A stretch of DNA of 64,000 nucleotides from Octopus vulgaris (Eukaryota). The translations under genes and the position numbers were made by a program. Of the stretch, positions 41,024-54,951 are shown one piece after another. How positions within the stretch are numbered: the first letter of the stretch is position 1; each line of letters opens with the position of its first letter. The DNA is taken from contig OX597820.1 in assembly GCA_951406725.2 (NCBI GenBank), forward strand, positions 127,410,001 to 127,474,000. The letters run 5' to 3'. Under the pieces are notes generated by a model that saw nothing but the letters and a program-made list of their open reading frames with translations, ran no database searches and had not been told where the DNA came from.

Positions 41024-41562
41024 CGAGGGGGTATCTAAAAGTAACCGGAAACGTTCTCTGTTGGACAAGCCCATTGTTGTTCATGAACTGATCTTGAAGG
41101 ACTGACACCGAACAATTGACGAACTTGTTGAAACGAATGGCGTGTCCTGGAATTCCTGCCAATTAATTTTGAACGAGGAATTGCGAATGAAAAGAGTTGC
41201 AACAAAATTTGTGCCTCGCTTGCTCACGGAAGATTAAAAGCAGTCACGATTGATTGCGTGTCGTGAACTTAAAGAACAGCCGGAAGTTGATCCGGACCTT
41301 GTATTCGAAGATCATCATTGGTGACGAAAGCTGGTGCGACGGAGTTTGCAGATGTAGAAGAGGTGAAGAAAAAAATGACGGAGGTGTTAAAAGGCATCAC
41401 TTGGCAAGAGTTCCAGCATTGCTTTGAATGGTGGAAAACGCGTCTGGACCGATTCATTGCTTCAACTGGAGAATACTTTGAAGGCGATAAAAATGTAAAA
41501 ATATAAAACTAAGTGAACAAAATAATATTGGAAAATTCCGGTTTCTTTTGGGTACACCCTTA
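41024..41562 (+). mobile_element. Internally deleted mariner element
   Basis: TA-flanked TIRs (cgagggggtatctaaaagtaaccggaa / ttccggtttcttttgggtacaccctta). Remnants KFVPRLLT, IIGDESW and W..R..R.I...GEYFEG. Confidence 0.85.
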
Positions 41563-41655
41563 TATGCATATGTAGACGTCTCTTAAAACATGTTGCAACT
41601 GCAGATCGAGAAGACCCAGATTTAATCCCGAATGTTGCCTGTACTGTATGTAAAG

Positions 41656-41705
<50 letters not shown>

Positions 41706-41922
41706 TGTACATGCGTATAGGCATATACATACACACGTACATACGTATAACATATATTCATCGACATACGAACAATGCACGTGTATTTTTTCTCTTGTAA
41801 ATACATCAAATGCCCAAAGCATTTTCATATACATACATAAATACATAAATACATACATACATGCATGCATGCACGTATGTATGCATGTATGTATGTATTA
41901 TGTGTATGCGTGTGTATATATA

Positions 41923-43438
41923 TTAGGTTGGAAAGAAAATCCTGTCGCATTTCAAGGTCAGAAAGAAACTAATGCTTTCTTGGTCTTAATTGATATATTT
42001 ATTCAAGATAATATTTTCCCCTCACTTTTGATAAGATAATTCCATCCAGTTGGCAAACTGCTGAGCCCTCGAGCATAAAATTCTTCAGATTTTCAAGCAA
42101 AGAAACATTCCACACTCTTTTTAACCTCTTCACAATTAATAAACTGTTTTTCCTCCTAAATAATGTTGCAGTGATCTGAAAAGAGGATGGATGGAGCAAG
42201 ATGTGAAGAGTAAGGAGGATGAGGCAAAACTTTCATATTTAGAGCCATTATATGTTTCTGGCTGACTTGCTCAATATGTAGTCTTGCATTATTGTGTAAG
42301 AGCAATATCACTTCACGACTGATCAATGATATATGCTCTTTCTAACCACATGGTTCCAGGTTCAGTCCTACTGCGTGGCACCTTGGGCAAGTATCTTCTA
42401 TTATAGTCTCGGACCAACCAAAGCCTTGTGAGTGGAGTTGGTGGACAGAAACTGAAAGAAGCCTGTCATGTGTGTGTGTGTCCCACCATCACTTGACAAC
42501 TGGTGTGGGTGTGATAATGTTTCTGTAACTTAGCGGTTCTGCAAGAGAGATCGATAAAATAAGTGCCAGGCTTAAAAAAAAGAAAGTACTGGGGTCGATT
42601 CATTCGGCTAAAAATTCTTGAAGATGGTGCCCCAGCATGGCCGCAGTGTAATGACTGAAACAAGTAAAAAATAAAAGAATGCTTCCGGCTGACAAGAATA
42701 CTTCTTCGCATTAACTGTTTCGTTGTGGTTTAACACCCTTCAAATCCCACTAAATACAGAGCATAACATTGTTTAGTTGTTGTTCTGGTATAGAGTTGGA
42801 TTCTCCTTTTTCATTTGGTGATAACCATTGCCGTTTTCATTGGACATGGCTACAGAGAACCCACTTTCATTTACTTCTGATGATCCTACCTATGCAAGGT
42901 TTGATAGGAAGTCTACTCTTCAATGACGTGCAGAGGGCAACTCTTTCATTAAGATGGCCAAATTTAGATAATTTTCTGAGCTCAGGAAAGCGTTCCTTGA
43001 TCGAAGTGTGACTCGACTCTGCTGTTTTGCCTATTCCTGTACAGTTTACTTTGGATTTTCCTCGACTACCGTTTTCAGAAGATCAATATTGACAGAACTT
43101 GGTTGTCCAGATCGAGGGGAATCTGCGAGAGAAAAATATCCCAAGCAAAATTAGGCAAAGCATTATTGGCATGTCCGAATACTTGCCGCTGCTTCCATTG
43201 CTGAAGAGACCCTTTTGAAATCTTACGGCATGCAGTGTCTGATATGGGTGTGCCCTAAACTCATTTTAAAAAGGTAAAAATCGATTTGCGTTTAACCACG
43301 ATGGTATAAAATAAGCTGCAAAGGAAGAAGAAATTATTAGAATGTAAAAATTAACGCTTAGTTTATTGTAGGTATTGAAAAACTACCTTCAAAAGTGATC
43401 ATGTGAAAAACGCAGTAGGACGATTTATTTTAACCTAA
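41923..43438 (-). mobile_element. Mariner (Mos1/SETMAR-like) relic with a nested family A SINE (about 42343-42680)
   Basis: TA-TTAGGTT...AACCTAA-TA termini. Degenerate transposase from about 43264 (HIRHCM; later TGDEKW-like). Confidence 0.8.
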
Positions 43439-43488
43439 TACACACACGCAACGCGCACAAACACAAGGAGTTAAAATAGCTAGCTAGC

Positions 43489-43551
<63 letters not shown>

Positions 43552-43556
43552 GTAGG

Positions 43557-43644
<88 letters not shown>
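43489..43644. repeat. (GATA)n microsatellite
   Basis: About 38 tandem TAGA units. Confidence 0.95.
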
Positions 43645-44324
43645 CTATATCTTTTATTGATGGATAAATTTATAACTGTACATTCCAGCCATTAATATAC
43701 AGCTTCGCAAACAGGAAAGGTTAGTTTTAGGTTGGAGTGCCAAGTATTACCTCGCTTTTTGGCTTCTCCTGTTTGCGCTCATTGCATTTCTCTGCCAAAT
43801 ATCTGGCACAGAAAGGTGCGAATACTGCGACTGTCGCAAACGAAAACAAAAGCTGGATAGATAGCTAGTTTCGATCAATTGCTCCTGTCGATAGACTGTT
43901 GTCAACCCGACCGGGTAGGAATCGACTCGAGGTTAGGCAATGACAACAGCGGCGGCGTCAAGGTAGAAAAACCTGAACCTCAAGCGCATAGAGTCGACGA
44001 GATGAAGACTGGAATAAACTGGCGATCCGGCAGAAAAAAGACACTCGTCGAATCGACTTTCTTGTTGAGGTGGCGAGTGTCGTGTATTGAACTCCTAATC
44101 AATATGTAACGAGTGCGGTATATTTGTTTAAATAGTTAAAGACTGCCAGTCAAATGCCATGTATGAGTTTTATGTGGACTCGTCCGTTTTTCTTTCTAAT
44201 CCACACGACAGGAGAAGTATTGCCACCCAGAGCGCATTGTTTTTTGATTACATTTTTGGCTTCTATTTCGTTTACATCTTCCTCGAGAGTAATAGTGTCG
44301 TGTGTTTTAAACTCCTAAGGGATA

Positions 44325-46986
44325 TGTAACGAAATGTGAATATCTTCTCTGCACTGTTTGGGTGCAAGAAGCAATCACTATCCGTTGCCTTTTAATAATC
44401 CAGATTCTACCAGTCAAAGAAACACAAAACGCAGACGTAAAAAATATATATCTACTTTATTCTCTTATGACAGTAACAAATATGTGGTGTATCTGGTATC
44501 CCTTTGGTATGGATGTGTCTCAGCTGAACTTTATCGCTGTAGAATTTACAGTGTTCAAATGCTAACGACACTGGTCAAAGATGGCGTCCGGAGAAAGGAA
44601 GATGAGGAGGTCGGCAACAAATGCTGGTTAAAAGTCTTTTGGTAAAGGCTGCTGCTATGTCAAGTCCGGAGAGAGAAAGAATTCACGTCCTGTTCCTTCG
44701 AAGGCTGTGTCTCAAGTCACTGCTGACTGCTGCTATTTCACTCTGGACCCCTTTAAGGTTCACGCTCCCTTAGCCTAACAAGCCAAACTGCCACGTAGAC
44801 AAATTCCTACTTCCGGTGGTGAAAGCACCAACCCCGCACGCGCGAAACAGAAATGGACGGTGCGCGCGCGCGCCGTTATATAGGATCACTACAAAGCTCC
44901 CCTCCAGTGCGTAGCACGACACAAAATTCCTTGTAGTGACTTTAAAACTCAAGGTGGATACCAGATAACCAAATAGCAAAAAATATACAAAAATGGTAGA
45001 ATTTATAATATACATAAGAAATTTACCAAAAGGAAAAAAGAGAAAAAATACTCAAAATGAGCAAAATCAAAAGTGCATGCGTGAAGGTGGATACGTCACA
45101 AAGTATAGAGCCTTCCGCTGAAGGGAGCGGAAGGAAAGCAAACTCACAGTTAATGAACCTAGGCGAAGTTAAATCCAACTCCTCTAAAGGTCGTTGATCC
45201 TGCGAAATAGCAGTTAAGTCAATTGCTGCAGGAGAGGAAATTGGAATCGACAGATAGATCGCCAGTAACACAAAAGGCAGACAGTGCTTCAGCTGAAAGT
45301 GTAAGGTTAGCAAGGTGACAGTGCAAGCATGCTGGTGTGATGCGCGAGACAGATAATTTTCTCTGTTAATTACGTGACCAACAGGGGTCTAACAGGGAAA
45401 AAATTACGCCTATACATAGGCGCAGCGCATGTGAACATCCGACGTTCTTTGAGTCGGGAAAAGAACTAAGCTAACGCAAACGTGTTGCAAAAACAAGGCA
45501 GTACACGTGCTGAGCAATGGTGCATGAATGCAATAGGGCTTGCCAGACCGAAAAACAGCAATGAATATGCCAGTGGTTAATGTAGGAACAAAAGTGTGAC
45601 ATGCTGGCACGTTATAATGGACAAACAACCCTCTCTATGTATACGTGACCCCTAGGGTCTACAGAAATGAGGTGTGTCCACAAAGGCAAATTTAGCATGG
45701 AAAAACAAGCGAGAAAAGCATGTGTGACGTATGTATGTGAGAGAGATAGCATTTATGTGTGTGTACGTGTGTGCGACAGAAATACAAACAAGGTGAATGC
45801 GAGCAAAATAAAAATACAGCGCATAGAAAAAGTCTCTCAGGGCTATTTCAGACAAGATGGAGTTAATTTACCAGTCCGTAATAGCCAGATACACAATAGC
45901 AGTTCGTTCTGTAACAGAATGTTGAAATCACAAATGCAGATGCCGATTGAACACATATCGTGTTGCGGTTGTGGCTTCAATGCTGTGACAGGTTAAATTG
46001 TTACAGAAGATCTCGCAGATAGACTGTGCTGTTAATCCTTGGTGTGCTATGCACGAACAGCGTGAAAGCTAAACTTCCGCGAGTTGCTATTTACATCTTG
46101 TTGAGGTCGACGGTGTTGAAGGCGACTGTGGTAGACTTGAGACACATTGTTCTTAGTGTTTATGGCGACGAAGATAGCGACGACGTGAAGTCGAAAGACG
46201 ACGACGGCAAAGAAAAAGCATCGATGATATGAATGCATCCGTCATTATTGTTGAAGAATAAGAAAGGCTCCTTCTATAACTGTTTGAGGGGACCGGAAAC
46301 AAATCGTCGAAAGATGAATGCGTAGAGTTGATCGTGTTCGGACTTGGCAGAAAAACTGGATTTCTTTGTTGTTAAGTGATCTCTGATTTGAGACCAGAAT
46401 CACGTCGGGGTCACCACTGTAACGAAATGTGAATATCTTCTCTGCACTGTTTGGGTGCAAGAAGCAATCACTATCCGTTGCCTTTTAATAATCCAGATTC
46501 TACCAGTCAAAGAAACACAAAACGCAGACGTAAAAAATATATATCTACTTTATTCTCTTATGACAGTAACAAATATGTGGTGTATCTGGTATCCCTTTGG
46601 TATGGATGTGTCTCAGCTGAACTTTATCGCTGTAGAATTTACAGTGTTCAAATGCTAACGACACTGGTCAAAGATGGCGTCCGGAGAAAGGAAGATGAGG
46701 AGGTCGGCAACAAATGCTGGTTAAAAGTCTTTTGGTAAAGGCTGCTGCTATGTCAAGTCCGGAGAGAGAAAGAATTCACGTCCTGTTCCTTCGAAGGCTG
46801 TGTCTCAAGTCACTGCTGACTGCTGCTATTTCACTCTGGACCCCTTTAAGGTTCACGCTCCCTTAGCCTAACAAGCCAAACTGCCACGTAGGCAAATTCC
46901 TACTTCCGGTGGTGAAAGCACCAACCCCGCACGGGCGAAACAGAAATGGACGGTGCGCGCGCGCGCCGTTATATAGGATCACTACA
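44325..46986 (-). mobile_element. Non-autonomous Gypsy-type LTR retrotransposon (2.66 kb)
   Basis: 569-bp LTRs at 44325-44893 and 46418-46986 (TGT...ACA). GATA TSD at 44321-44324 and 46987-46990. PBS complementary to the tRNA-Trp 3' end at 46398-46416. PPT GGAGGGGAG at about 44897-44905. pol remnant AIDLTAISQDQ...ILCDVST. Confidence 0.92.
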
Positions 46987-47809
46987 GATATATAACAACA
47001 GCTATATATTTGTTTAAATAATTACAAACTTCCAGTCACATGGCATATATGAGTTTTATGTGGACCCGTCCGTTACTTGCAATCTCGACATTGCGTCAAC
47101 ATGAGGTATTTTAGAGATATGCGATATACCAAAATCAAACGCCATCAGTTGAACAGCCGATCGTACGATTCGTATGAAGAATGTTGCCGTGTCATCGTCA
47201 CGCCAATATCCTTTGCTATTACGGATGAGATAATGCTGCAGGGAGCACCGGAATCATGCATCATGTCTATCATGTCTATCCACTGAGTAAGACAGATTCA
47301 AACACGAGTTTCTCTTGTTTCAATTATTTAATCAAATATACAGCATTTGTTCTTTGTTCATTAGGAGTTCAAGACACTACGTATACACACTCATAATATT
47401 ATTGCGTATACTTTTGCCTCTGTAATATCAGATAGTGTTATAGGGAAGACTTTTTTTCATTCAAATTTTAGTTAAATATAGAAAATAATTAAATCAATAA
47501 TAATTTTAAATATAAAAAAAAAATGTTATTGAATTAAAATAAAGATTAAATAAATAGAATTTCTCATTTGGATATTCACCATAAATATACATTATCAATA
47601 ACAATAATTACGGTTTAACTATCAATTATTTACAGATGTTTCATTACGTGATATTACTGAGAGGGGTGAGCCTATATTCTCAACGCTGTATGTCATATGA
47701 CTGGTCACACTCAAGTCTGTAGTATATAGCAACGAAAGGAGGTAAATTGAATAAAGTCAGTTATTTTCTTTTGGAGGACGGAAAACCAGAGAGATAGAGT
47801 CACACAGCC

Positions 47810-47882
<73 letters not shown>

Positions 47883-48351
47883 TAGTTAGATAGATAGATA
47901 GAGAGCTATTGATATTGGTTTCAAATTTTGATACAAGGCCACCAATTTCGGGGTAAAGTCAGCAATTTTAAGGGAGTGAATAAGTCGATTACATCGACCC
48001 CAGTGTTCAACTGGTACTTATTTTATTGACGCCGTAAAGAAGAAAAGCAAAGTCGACTTCGGCAGAATTTGAATTCAGAACATAAAGATGGATGAAATGC
48101 CGCTAAGCATTTCGCTAACAATTTTGCCCGCTCACCGCCTTTCACTGCTACTGATACTAAATAGTTGAATATCTTTCAGCAACAGGTGTGTGTGTGTGTG
48201 GCTGCTTCATCGGGAGGAATACGATTAAGTCTTTTTGGATTGTTCTGAATTCTCCGGGTATACGATGCACCAATCAAATGATCAGATTCCCGGGAATACA
48301 AGCATAATTACAAAGGTATTATTACAGTGATAACACAAGGGTAAGGGGTAA

Positions 48352-48664
48352 AGAGCCCCTTCGGTCATGAATGACCATGGCATTTTACCTTCCGAGGCAC
48401 AAGTCTAAGCAAGGTTGTTTATGGAAGACCAGCAATCGCTCATGCATACCAGTTTCCCTTTCCACGCCACCGATGTTATCCAAGGCAAAGAGGCCGATAC
48501 ATCTTCGCACCAGTGACGTAGCAACTCATTTCTACAGCGGAGTGAGCTGGAGTAACGTGAAATAAAATGCCTTTCTCAAGAACATAACACACAGTCCGGC
48601 CCGGGACTCGAACTCACTACCTCATGATTGTGAGCCCGACGCTCTAACCACTGAGCCATTCGCC
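48352..48664 (-). mobile_element. Family C SINE
   Basis: Inverted homolog of 31320-31650. Confidence 0.85.
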
Positions 48665-49372
48665 AACAACAATAACAGAGTCAAGGCGACCTTCACGGTA
48701 CTCATAGTAGCAAGAAAAAAGAAAAAACTGATAACAAAAATAATCATATTTGATTACCCATGTCACGCAAACTCAAGTTCCTGTTGACAGTCGCAGAACA
48801 TGGCAAAAAAATACAAATAGGGGACCAGATTTAGCGTTAACGTCAAAGAAGCTAGTGAAGAAAGTTTTGCAAAACTGTGCAGACTGGCACAAGATAGACA
48901 TGGATGGAGCGGCTGCGGCGGCGCAATTATTTGAGCCTTTTGTCTAGAGAAGAGAAGAATTTCGTTATATTTCGGTAGGATGGGGAACCACTTGTTCAAT
49001 GACGGCACTTAGGGTTATGATCACCTAAAGATGGTTCTGGAACCAGGACCTGATTCGTGCATGTTTTATCGACTTTCTGTAGGACTTGGACTATAACGAG
49101 ATACTGCAAGGAATTTTGTCAGAAGCCCTACCGATTCTACTTCCACCCCCCACAGTGCAATAAGAAGTAAGTACTGGATCCAATAGTGTTCTTTCTAACA
49201 AAGTTGGCTCCTGTTTTCGTAAAAAGTATTTATCTAGTAACAAACACACATGTTTAAAAAAAAACACACACTTGACTGTGTGGTTAAGAAGCTCGATTTG
49301 TAACTCACATGGTTTCGGGTTCAGTTTCCACCTTGGGCAAATGTCTTTTACCATAGTCTTGGGCTGACCAAC

Positions 49373-50477
49373 TACGGGTTGTAAATAATTGATTGGAACC
49401 TTTCCTAGCAATTAATTTTAATTGGGATACAGGCTAATCAATTATTGCAATTAATTATCAATTATTTTGTCGAACGTAAAAACACCATATATTTTGGAAT
49501 GTTAGCTTCGATTTAGACAAGGGTCAAAATGACAGGAAAATAAAAGGCACATTTTATAGTTTCAAAAAACTTTATTATCAGAAAACGTTCAAAGCTCAAT
49601 TTTATTGATTTAGAATAGGAAACAAACAACATGTATACTTTACATTGTACAATAGTTGAAAAACAAATAAAGTAAAGGTCTTTCATTGAAAGAGTTTCTC
49701 AAACGAGCAGCACAATTAAAATGTTCTAATAAAGCAAAAGATCCTGAACAATTGCAGATTTCTGAAACTAAGTCTTCATCCCAGAAAACGCGATCGACTT
49801 TTAGAAATAATTGCATTTCTAAATCCACTGGAATTAAGTATTGCCAAAAATCCTTAAAAGCATAACTTTCTGAGCTGAAGAAACGTTCCAAAGTGTTGGA
49901 CGTTGGTAACAAAAATCTACAGTTCAGATATTGTTGAGGTGAAATTTTATCTTTTTTGTGTTTTTCCAAAGAAACTGAAGCAAAATCGTCATCTACAGGT
50001 AAATCAGACTGTTGTGACGTCGGCGTGCTAACGATTCTGCCAGCTCACCGCCTTGAAGGTGTGAATTATTCTCGACAGTCCTAACCAAGCGTCGACAGCA
50101 GTTATTTGACAACATACACAATAGCCAATTCCCAAGCATGATAGAATGTGTATCATCCTCAGCAGTCCGAATCAAGCATCAACACTTGACAACATACACA
50201 ATAAGTCAATTCCTAAGTACGACAGAATGTGGGAATCCTTCTCAGCAGTCAGAGCAAAGCGTCAACACAATACCTCAAATAATAGAACACTGTATTTGCC
50301 AGTTGGACGTCGAATGAAGTATGAGCCGTTTGAAAAATGTTGCAAGTAACTGCAATTAATTGTAATTAATTGATATGATAGCAATCAATTATTTAATTAG
50401 CAGTACGACTCCAATCAATTAATTGGACCAATATATTGCAATTAATTTCTCATCAATGAATTTTTTTACAACCCTTG
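49373..50477 (-). mobile_element. Internally deleted hAT transposon inserted into a family A SINE
   Basis: TIRs tacgggttgtaa / ttacaacccttg with imperfect 8-bp TSD tgaccaac / cgaccaat. Dimerisation-domain remnant FLLPTSNTLERFFS...LEMQLFLK (49640-49969). SINE halves flank both sides (about 49270-49372, 50478-50840). Confidence 0.85.
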
Positions 50478-50550
50478 CGACCAATGCCTTGAGAGTGAAT
50501 TTGGTTGGTGGAAAATGAGAGGAAGCCTATCATATCTATAAGATTGTGTG

Positions 50551-50596
<46 letters not shown>

Positions 50597-51015
50597 TGCG
50601 TGTGTGCACATATGTAGGCATGTATATATGTGTGCACATGTCTCTTAGGATTTACGTATTCTCCTCCACCGCTAGACAAGTGTTGGTTTGCTTACATCCT
50701 CGTAACTTAGCGGTTTCCGCCAAAGACACCGATATAATGAGTACCAGGCTTTAAATACATAAGTACTGTGGACGATTTGTCCGCTTAAACGTTTCAAGGT
50801 GTGTCCCACCATGACTGTAGTCCGATGACCGAAGCAATTAGATGAGAGATGTTAAAAAAAGAAAGATCAAAAAGAAACATACGTTGGCGATGCATTTGTC
50901 CTTTAAATTTACATCAACGAAAAATATCAGTTCGAATAATGACAAAAGCGTTACTTTATTTATTATTGACTGAACCGTTAAGTCTTGTACAAGATGTAAT
51001 GTATTAGAAATGTCT

Positions 51016-51047
<32 letters not shown>

Positions 51048-52009
51048 GTCTTGTTTTGTTTTTCAGTTCTAATGAAAATGTATGAAAATTTGTCGAAATT
51101 AAAGCAAAAGCCAAAGTCAGCTTAACTTGACGGAACCCATTCTTTTTCAGGTCCGAAGGCAAGATGTGCAAATGTGGTTAAAACAGATACCTAAACTGGT
51201 AACTGAACCCAAATCGATTCGGTTTGTTAGGTACTTATCAGTCACTGGTGTATATGTTGCTCGTAGTTTTCAAAATGAAAAGGAAGCGAAAAAAAGACAT
51301 AAATAGCTCAATATATTAAAGAAAAAAAACACATTAAAAAAAAATTGATAGTTGATTGGTTGGATTCGAAGAAGCTGCAATACATTGTTCAGATAAGTTT
51401 TACACGGTAAATTGCTCCTGTTAACCATACGGTTGACTGAATTCTTGTGAAACTAATGTGCAGTCGGCGGAAATTTTCTCCTGGTCATACAAGCGGATCT
51501 TTTAAACTTGCAATAATGCTATTGACTGAATAACATCGCAACGTGAGCACAGAAGATTCAAAGAGTGGTGTGTAGCGAGCGTCGGGCAACTTTAATATAA
51601 CAAATACACACACACGCATACACTCCTACTGTTAGGTTCAGTTATATAAACAATGGGTACTCTGTTTTTTTTATTATTTTATGCGTTACCTAATCTACCT
51701 ACCAAGCGGGCAACAAGTGGTTCCACTGAACGATAACAGAATGGGTAGGAGGGGATATTTTTTATGCAGCAGCAGCGAAGGAGTAAAAATCATGAAAAAA
51801 GAAAGAAAGAAAGAAAGAAAAGGAGTGAAGGAAATTCAGAATCTAATAACCCCATTCTGCCAACACCTGCAAATCAGTCCATAGTCAAAAGTCGTTTATT
51901 GACTTCGTTGACTTTGTCCCTTTTTGACGCCTCTTCCCTCTGGTGAGGTGTTACAAGGGATTCCATTCTTTACAAAGAGCCGCAGCTGATAGAATCAATG
52001 AAGGGTGTC

Positions 52010-54420
52010 CGACCACTGACAATAACGAACTACTCCTTATAATTAATACATGTTACGACGAGAAAGACGTCGCTGTCACCAAGACAACAAGAAAGTCAGA
52101 CGACCACTTGGCGGACCACAAACAACACCTCCATCAGCCGACTCAGAATTTCTCTTCATCATTAAACACCTGTCCACTTAAAGTGTCGGCGAAGAAGAAA
52201 GTTAAATACATCGAAACTTAAAGACCAAACCGAATAATTCCAAGAATACATCAAAGACCAGCCGACAAATAGCACCGCTAACGCCAAGGACACCGCTGAA
52301 AAGAAGACAGTCGTCCGAAACATCATCCAAAAAAAGCAATTGAAAACACTTTCGGCTTCACGAAAAGGGAGAACTGGGATTGGTTCGATGAAAACAACGA
52401 AAATTTCAAAATTCCTCAGTGCTAAAAGAGATGATCACCTGTCCCTTGTACAAGACCTAACTTCAAGTAACACTTTCAAGATCTAAGTGGCCATATCAAA
52501 CTCAGACTAGAAACATTCAAAGCAACTAAAATGGCTATCGAACTTCAACGATACAGACCTCAGAGACCTTAGAAATTTCTTCACTTGTATCAAAGAACTC
52601 TACTGCCCACCCTGAGCCTCATCCTGTACTTTGACGACTTCCGACAGCACCAACATTCTCACTAACAGCCAAAGCATCCTAAACTGCTGAAAAGATCACT
52701 TAAGAGCTCAACTGCAACAGAAGGCTTCCTTAGAACTGTGCCTCAACATCTCCCTCAACCATGGTAGTCGAGCCCTCCATCTTTTCGTGAATACAGCAAT
52801 GCAATTAAAATGAAGAAAGCGAGGAAGTCACCTGTTCTAGATAACAACGATTTACAACTCTTCCAAAATACTGGCCACTCTTTAAGAACAAGGCTATTCT
52901 AGCTCATTCTGAAAATGTGAGAAACCCAAATGTTTGCAGATATAAAGAATGTCATAATCGTTACGATTTTTAAGAAAGGAGATCGCAGTATTTATGGAAA
53001 CAACCGTGGCATATACTCCTCTCTATCCAAGGATAAAACCGCCAGAATATTGCCAAATTATCTTCTAGTCATCTCGGAGAAAGTGTAACCGAAATATCAG
53101 CGTAGATTTCGTGCTTCTAGAACTACAATTGACATAATATTCTGTGTAGGACAGTTACAGGAAAAATACAGAGAACAGCAGGGATTTTCCTGGAATTTTA
53201 TGATGGCGAGAAGGCTTTCGACACCGTACTGCATACGACAATTTGGTTGCCCCAATTGTCTTGTGATATTCATTCGGATACTCAACGATGGTATTACAGG
53301 ACAGGTAACCCATGAAAACCACGCGTCAGGAGATTTCCCGATCACCAATGACTTAAAGCAAGAATATGTTCTCATTCTAACCTTCTTCTCCCTGTACCTT
53401 GCAGCCATGTTCCACGAAATTTCACGCAACAAGCTCAAGATCAATTATTGCTTCGATGGTGGACTCTGCAATCCGTCCACTCACTGACCGATTGCATTCA
53501 TGTCACTGAACCACAGGACGCCGATGACGATGCTTCGCCATCTTATTGTTTCGAAGAAATGCAGAAATCGGTCAATAACTTCAAATATACGAGTGGTCGC
53601 TTCGATTTGACAATCAACATCCAAAATCCTGAAACCCTTACACAACCTGATTCAAACTCAATTTTTCAAGATTTCACCATCACCATCTCCAAAACACAAC
53701 TGGAACAAGAAAATCAGTTCCAGTTGCTCTCCGCCCAATGTAACGCCGAGAAGTACGTCTAAAACAGGATCTGAGCTGCTCATATCACTTTTGGAAAAAC
53801 TCTTCCATCGAGTCTTGGGAAACAAGAAACTACAAACTCTTGATCTACCAAGGACGTGGTGTATGAGGTCGTGGTTGTTTCCATCTTACTCAAAGGTTGA
53901 GACGTGGACTTTGTACCGCTGGGATATCCGAAAACTGGAACGATTTTCTCAAAAGAAACTTCGGTCAGTAAGGATCGGTAAATGGGAGAACTATGTCGAC
54001 AACCTTGCAGTTCTTGAATAGGTCATGGCCAACAACATTGGACATGATCTGCCCATCTGAGGCGATCAAGTATCGCTTGAGATGGGCAGATCATGTCCTC
54101 TGCATAAACAGTATTAGGCTGTCACGTCAAATACTCTGAAGTGAACTCTGCAACGGCAAGAGATCACGCCACTGTCTCATGCTGCGACGCTACAAAAGAC
54201 GACTGAAAGGTAATGAAGAGCTTCAACATTAACCTCAAATCCTGGAAGCAACGAACAGAAGAAAGAACTACGTAGTGTCTTGTCATCAACATCGGTAGAG
54301 AACATTTTGAAGATCGTCAAAGATATGAAGAGGTTAAACAGCTATAACGAAAGATCTGACAGACAGTGTGATAAAATATCTTCGTTTACGACCCGTATAT
54401 CTTGTGTTGAGGTGAATAGA
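52010..54420 (+). mobile_element. Degenerate RTE (BovB-like) LINE ORF pseudogene
   Basis: Fragments FGFTKRENWDWFDENN, IVTIFKKGDRS..GNNRGI.L, QRRFRASRTTIDIIF..GQLQEK.REQ, FGCP, LKQ..VL...FF, ETWTLYR, LRWADHV, with many stops and frameshifts. Confidence 0.88.
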
Positions 54421-54754
54421 CATGTAAGTCGCACGTGGGAGACTTGCGTGTGGAGCTACAGAGAAGACATGTGTCTTTGAACGAATGGTGGCAGGAACTG
54501 AGATCGTTTCTACTGTGTAGCTCCAAACGAGGCTACTCTATCAAAGCGAGGCTAGATGCCTCATCGATATATTCGTCGGCTGTGCAGGTCGACTCACACA
54601 TTACTATGTAATATGTAGCTCTGCTACAAACTGAAAGTTGAAAAGTGAGTTTGTCTCCCAGGAAGCCACCGAAGATCTACAAAATAATCGTAGAGTGTAT
54701 ATATAGTAAAAGAATATCATAGAATGGAGTTAGCTAGCTGCGTTTATTGTTAAT

Positions 54755-54951
54755 TCAAATGACTTCATTGGCCTCGATAAAACCAGTCTTGTGCCATGTC
54801 ATTTCAATGTCAACAACTAATAGTTTATCTCCACGTACTGAGAGGGAAACCTCTCTGTAACAGTCCATGACGAAGCCAATTCCTTCGATCGTCACAAAAT
54901 CCTGCAGTAAGCCGATTGGTTGTTCAACTCCACTAAAAGTCATATATTCCG
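54755..54951 (-). CDS. Candidate terminal exon of an unknown gene
   Basis: Pyrimidine-rich acceptor (...ctgttctgtgattgccttcaAG). Open non-repetitive frame EYMTFSGVEQ...EANEVI*. AATAAA at 54743-54748 just after the stop. No recognised homology. Confidence 0.3.

Noticed and set aside
46398-46416. Exact tRNA-Trp 3' end including CCA
   Set aside because: It is the primer-binding site of the LTR element, not a tRNA gene.
44358-46738. Identical duplicated ORFs (95 aa and 67 aa)
   Set aside because: They lie inside the two LTRs and are chance ORFs, not duplicated genes.
50065-50270. Regularly spaced repeats resembling a CRISPR array
   Set aside because: Whole units are duplicated with no unique spacers, the context is a eukaryotic transposon, and there are no cas genes.
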